A stretch of DNA of 64,000 nt from Shigella phage vB_SboM_Phaginator. The notes under the pieces are model-generated. The model was not told the DNA's origin and ran no database searches. It saw nothing but the letters and a program-made list of their open reading frames with translations. Every line of letters begins with the position of its first letter. The stretch's first letter is position 1. Below are positions 63,173 through 64,000 of this stretch, piece by piece. The position numbers and the translations under genes were made by a program. Where the stretch lies: sequence record OL615012, one strand, 5' to 3'.

Positions 63173-63452
63173 ATTGAATCACCTTCAGTTGACGTTTTAA
63201 CTCTGTTATCATTTCTTCGTTCATCGCAATATAAAGATCGCGTAAAGCAGGTTTTAGCATGTCATTTATTATAGAACTAAATGGGCATACATATTCTTTT
63301 CCTACAAGCTTTTTGGTGAATTCCATATCACAGAACTTAAATCCCGGCTCATTGGTATAAATTCCCCAATTAGTTGACATCATTTTATTGGCATATTCTA
63401 GTGCCTGGATTTGATTCATAATTCCATCAATTTGAAACTTTTTAATATTCAT
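63156..63452 (-). CDS. Hypothetical protein (arn.x)
   Basis: 98-aa ORF. Confidence 0.55.
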   Translation of the reverse strand: MNIKKFQIDGIMNQIQALEYANKMMSTNWGIYTNEPGFKFCDMEFTKKLVGKEYVCPFSSIINDMLKPALRDLYIAMNEEMITELKRQLKVIQFGQGN

Positions 63453-63913
63453 TAGTAAAGGTCCTCAGAGTAAAGTTCTTTTTCACTACCACCACGTTCA
63501 ATACGTACTTGTCCAGCGTAAGTTGCAATAATCATTGCTTCTTCGCGAGTCCAATAATTACTATATTGGTCAATAAATCCTTGGTCATCATCACAAACTT
63601 GCTGAGTAACTAATTGGGGTTTAACTACATCTAAAACTTCGGCCATATCTTTAGAATAATGACGAGCACCTGGAATAATAAGAGTTCGTCCATCTTTTAA
63701 TTTAAAACGATTGGCTGCGCAAACAATTCGTCGTTGATATTTTTGATTTTCGTCCCAATACGCAGTCTGCCAACAGATTTCAGGAACTTCTTTCAGAATA
63801 TCTTCTTCTGTGCATTTATAACCGTGTGCTTTAAATTTTTGAACGAGACTCTCCGGAGTTTCACGAGATAAAGGAACATTCAGCATTTTTAAACGATTAA
63901 TAAATGGATTCAT
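63452..63913 (-). CDS. Hypothetical protein (arn.x)
   Basis: 153-aa ORF with ATGA overlap with upstream gene. Confidence 0.6.
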   Translation of the reverse strand: MNPFINRLKMLNVPLSRETPESLVQKFKAHGYKCTEEDILKEVPEICWQTAYWDENQKYQRRIVCAANRFKLKDGRTLIIPGARHYSKDMAEVLDVVKPQLVTQQVCDDDQGFIDQYSNYWTREEAMIIATYAGQVRIERGGSEKELYSEDLY

Positions 63914-64000
63914 TTAAACCATCCTTTAATACGCTGCCACAAAGTTTTCTGTTGAGCTTTGTTAACACCAATTGAGCGAATAACTGGTTGAGATTCCTGG
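63910..64000 (-). CDS. 3' end of a further minus-strand gene (partial, continues beyond window)
   Basis: Open frame from window edge to TGA at 63910-63912 overlapping next ATG. Confidence 0.4.
   Translation of the reverse strand, partial: QESQPVIRSIGVNKAQQKTLWQRIKGWFK

Overview
This 64 kb window is a contiguous block of a T-even (T4-like, Tequatrovirus-type) myovirus genome, collinear with the T4 map from the 3' end of gene 17 to arn. Calls rest on ORF length, gene order and my recall of T4 protein sequences; no database search was possible. Plus-strand (late) genes: tail sheath 18, tube 19, portal 20, prohead core 67/68, protease 21, scaffold 22, major capsid 23, vertex 24, uvsW/uvsW.1, baseplate 51/27/28/29/48/54, long tail fibre 34/35/36/37, adhesin 38 and holin t, most preceded by TATAAATA late-promoter motifs. 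Minus-strand (early/middle) genes: rnlB, hoc, inh, uvsY, 25, 26, two tandem alt ADP-ribosyltransferase paralogs, DNA ligase 30, a run of small 30.x ORFs, rIII, 31, cd, pseT, a spanin pair, alc, rnlA, denA, nrdB, nrdA, td, frd, 32, 59, 33, dsbA, rnh, asiA and arn. Compared with T4 as I remember it, the phage looks T2/T6-like: td and nrdB are intronless, no homing-endonuclease ORFs sit at the T4 seg/mob positions, gp37 ends in a chaperone-like module and gp38 is a glycine-rich adhesin. The most interesting points are the duplicated alt gene with a NADAR-like ORF in the same early block, a roughly 350 bp ORF-bearing insertion at the frd/td junction, an extra tandem Ig-like domain in hoc, a recurring early-promoter cassette whose -10 element lies inside an inverted repeat, and two small ORFs missing from the ORF track. 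No tRNA genes, CRISPR arrays or transposable elements were seen.
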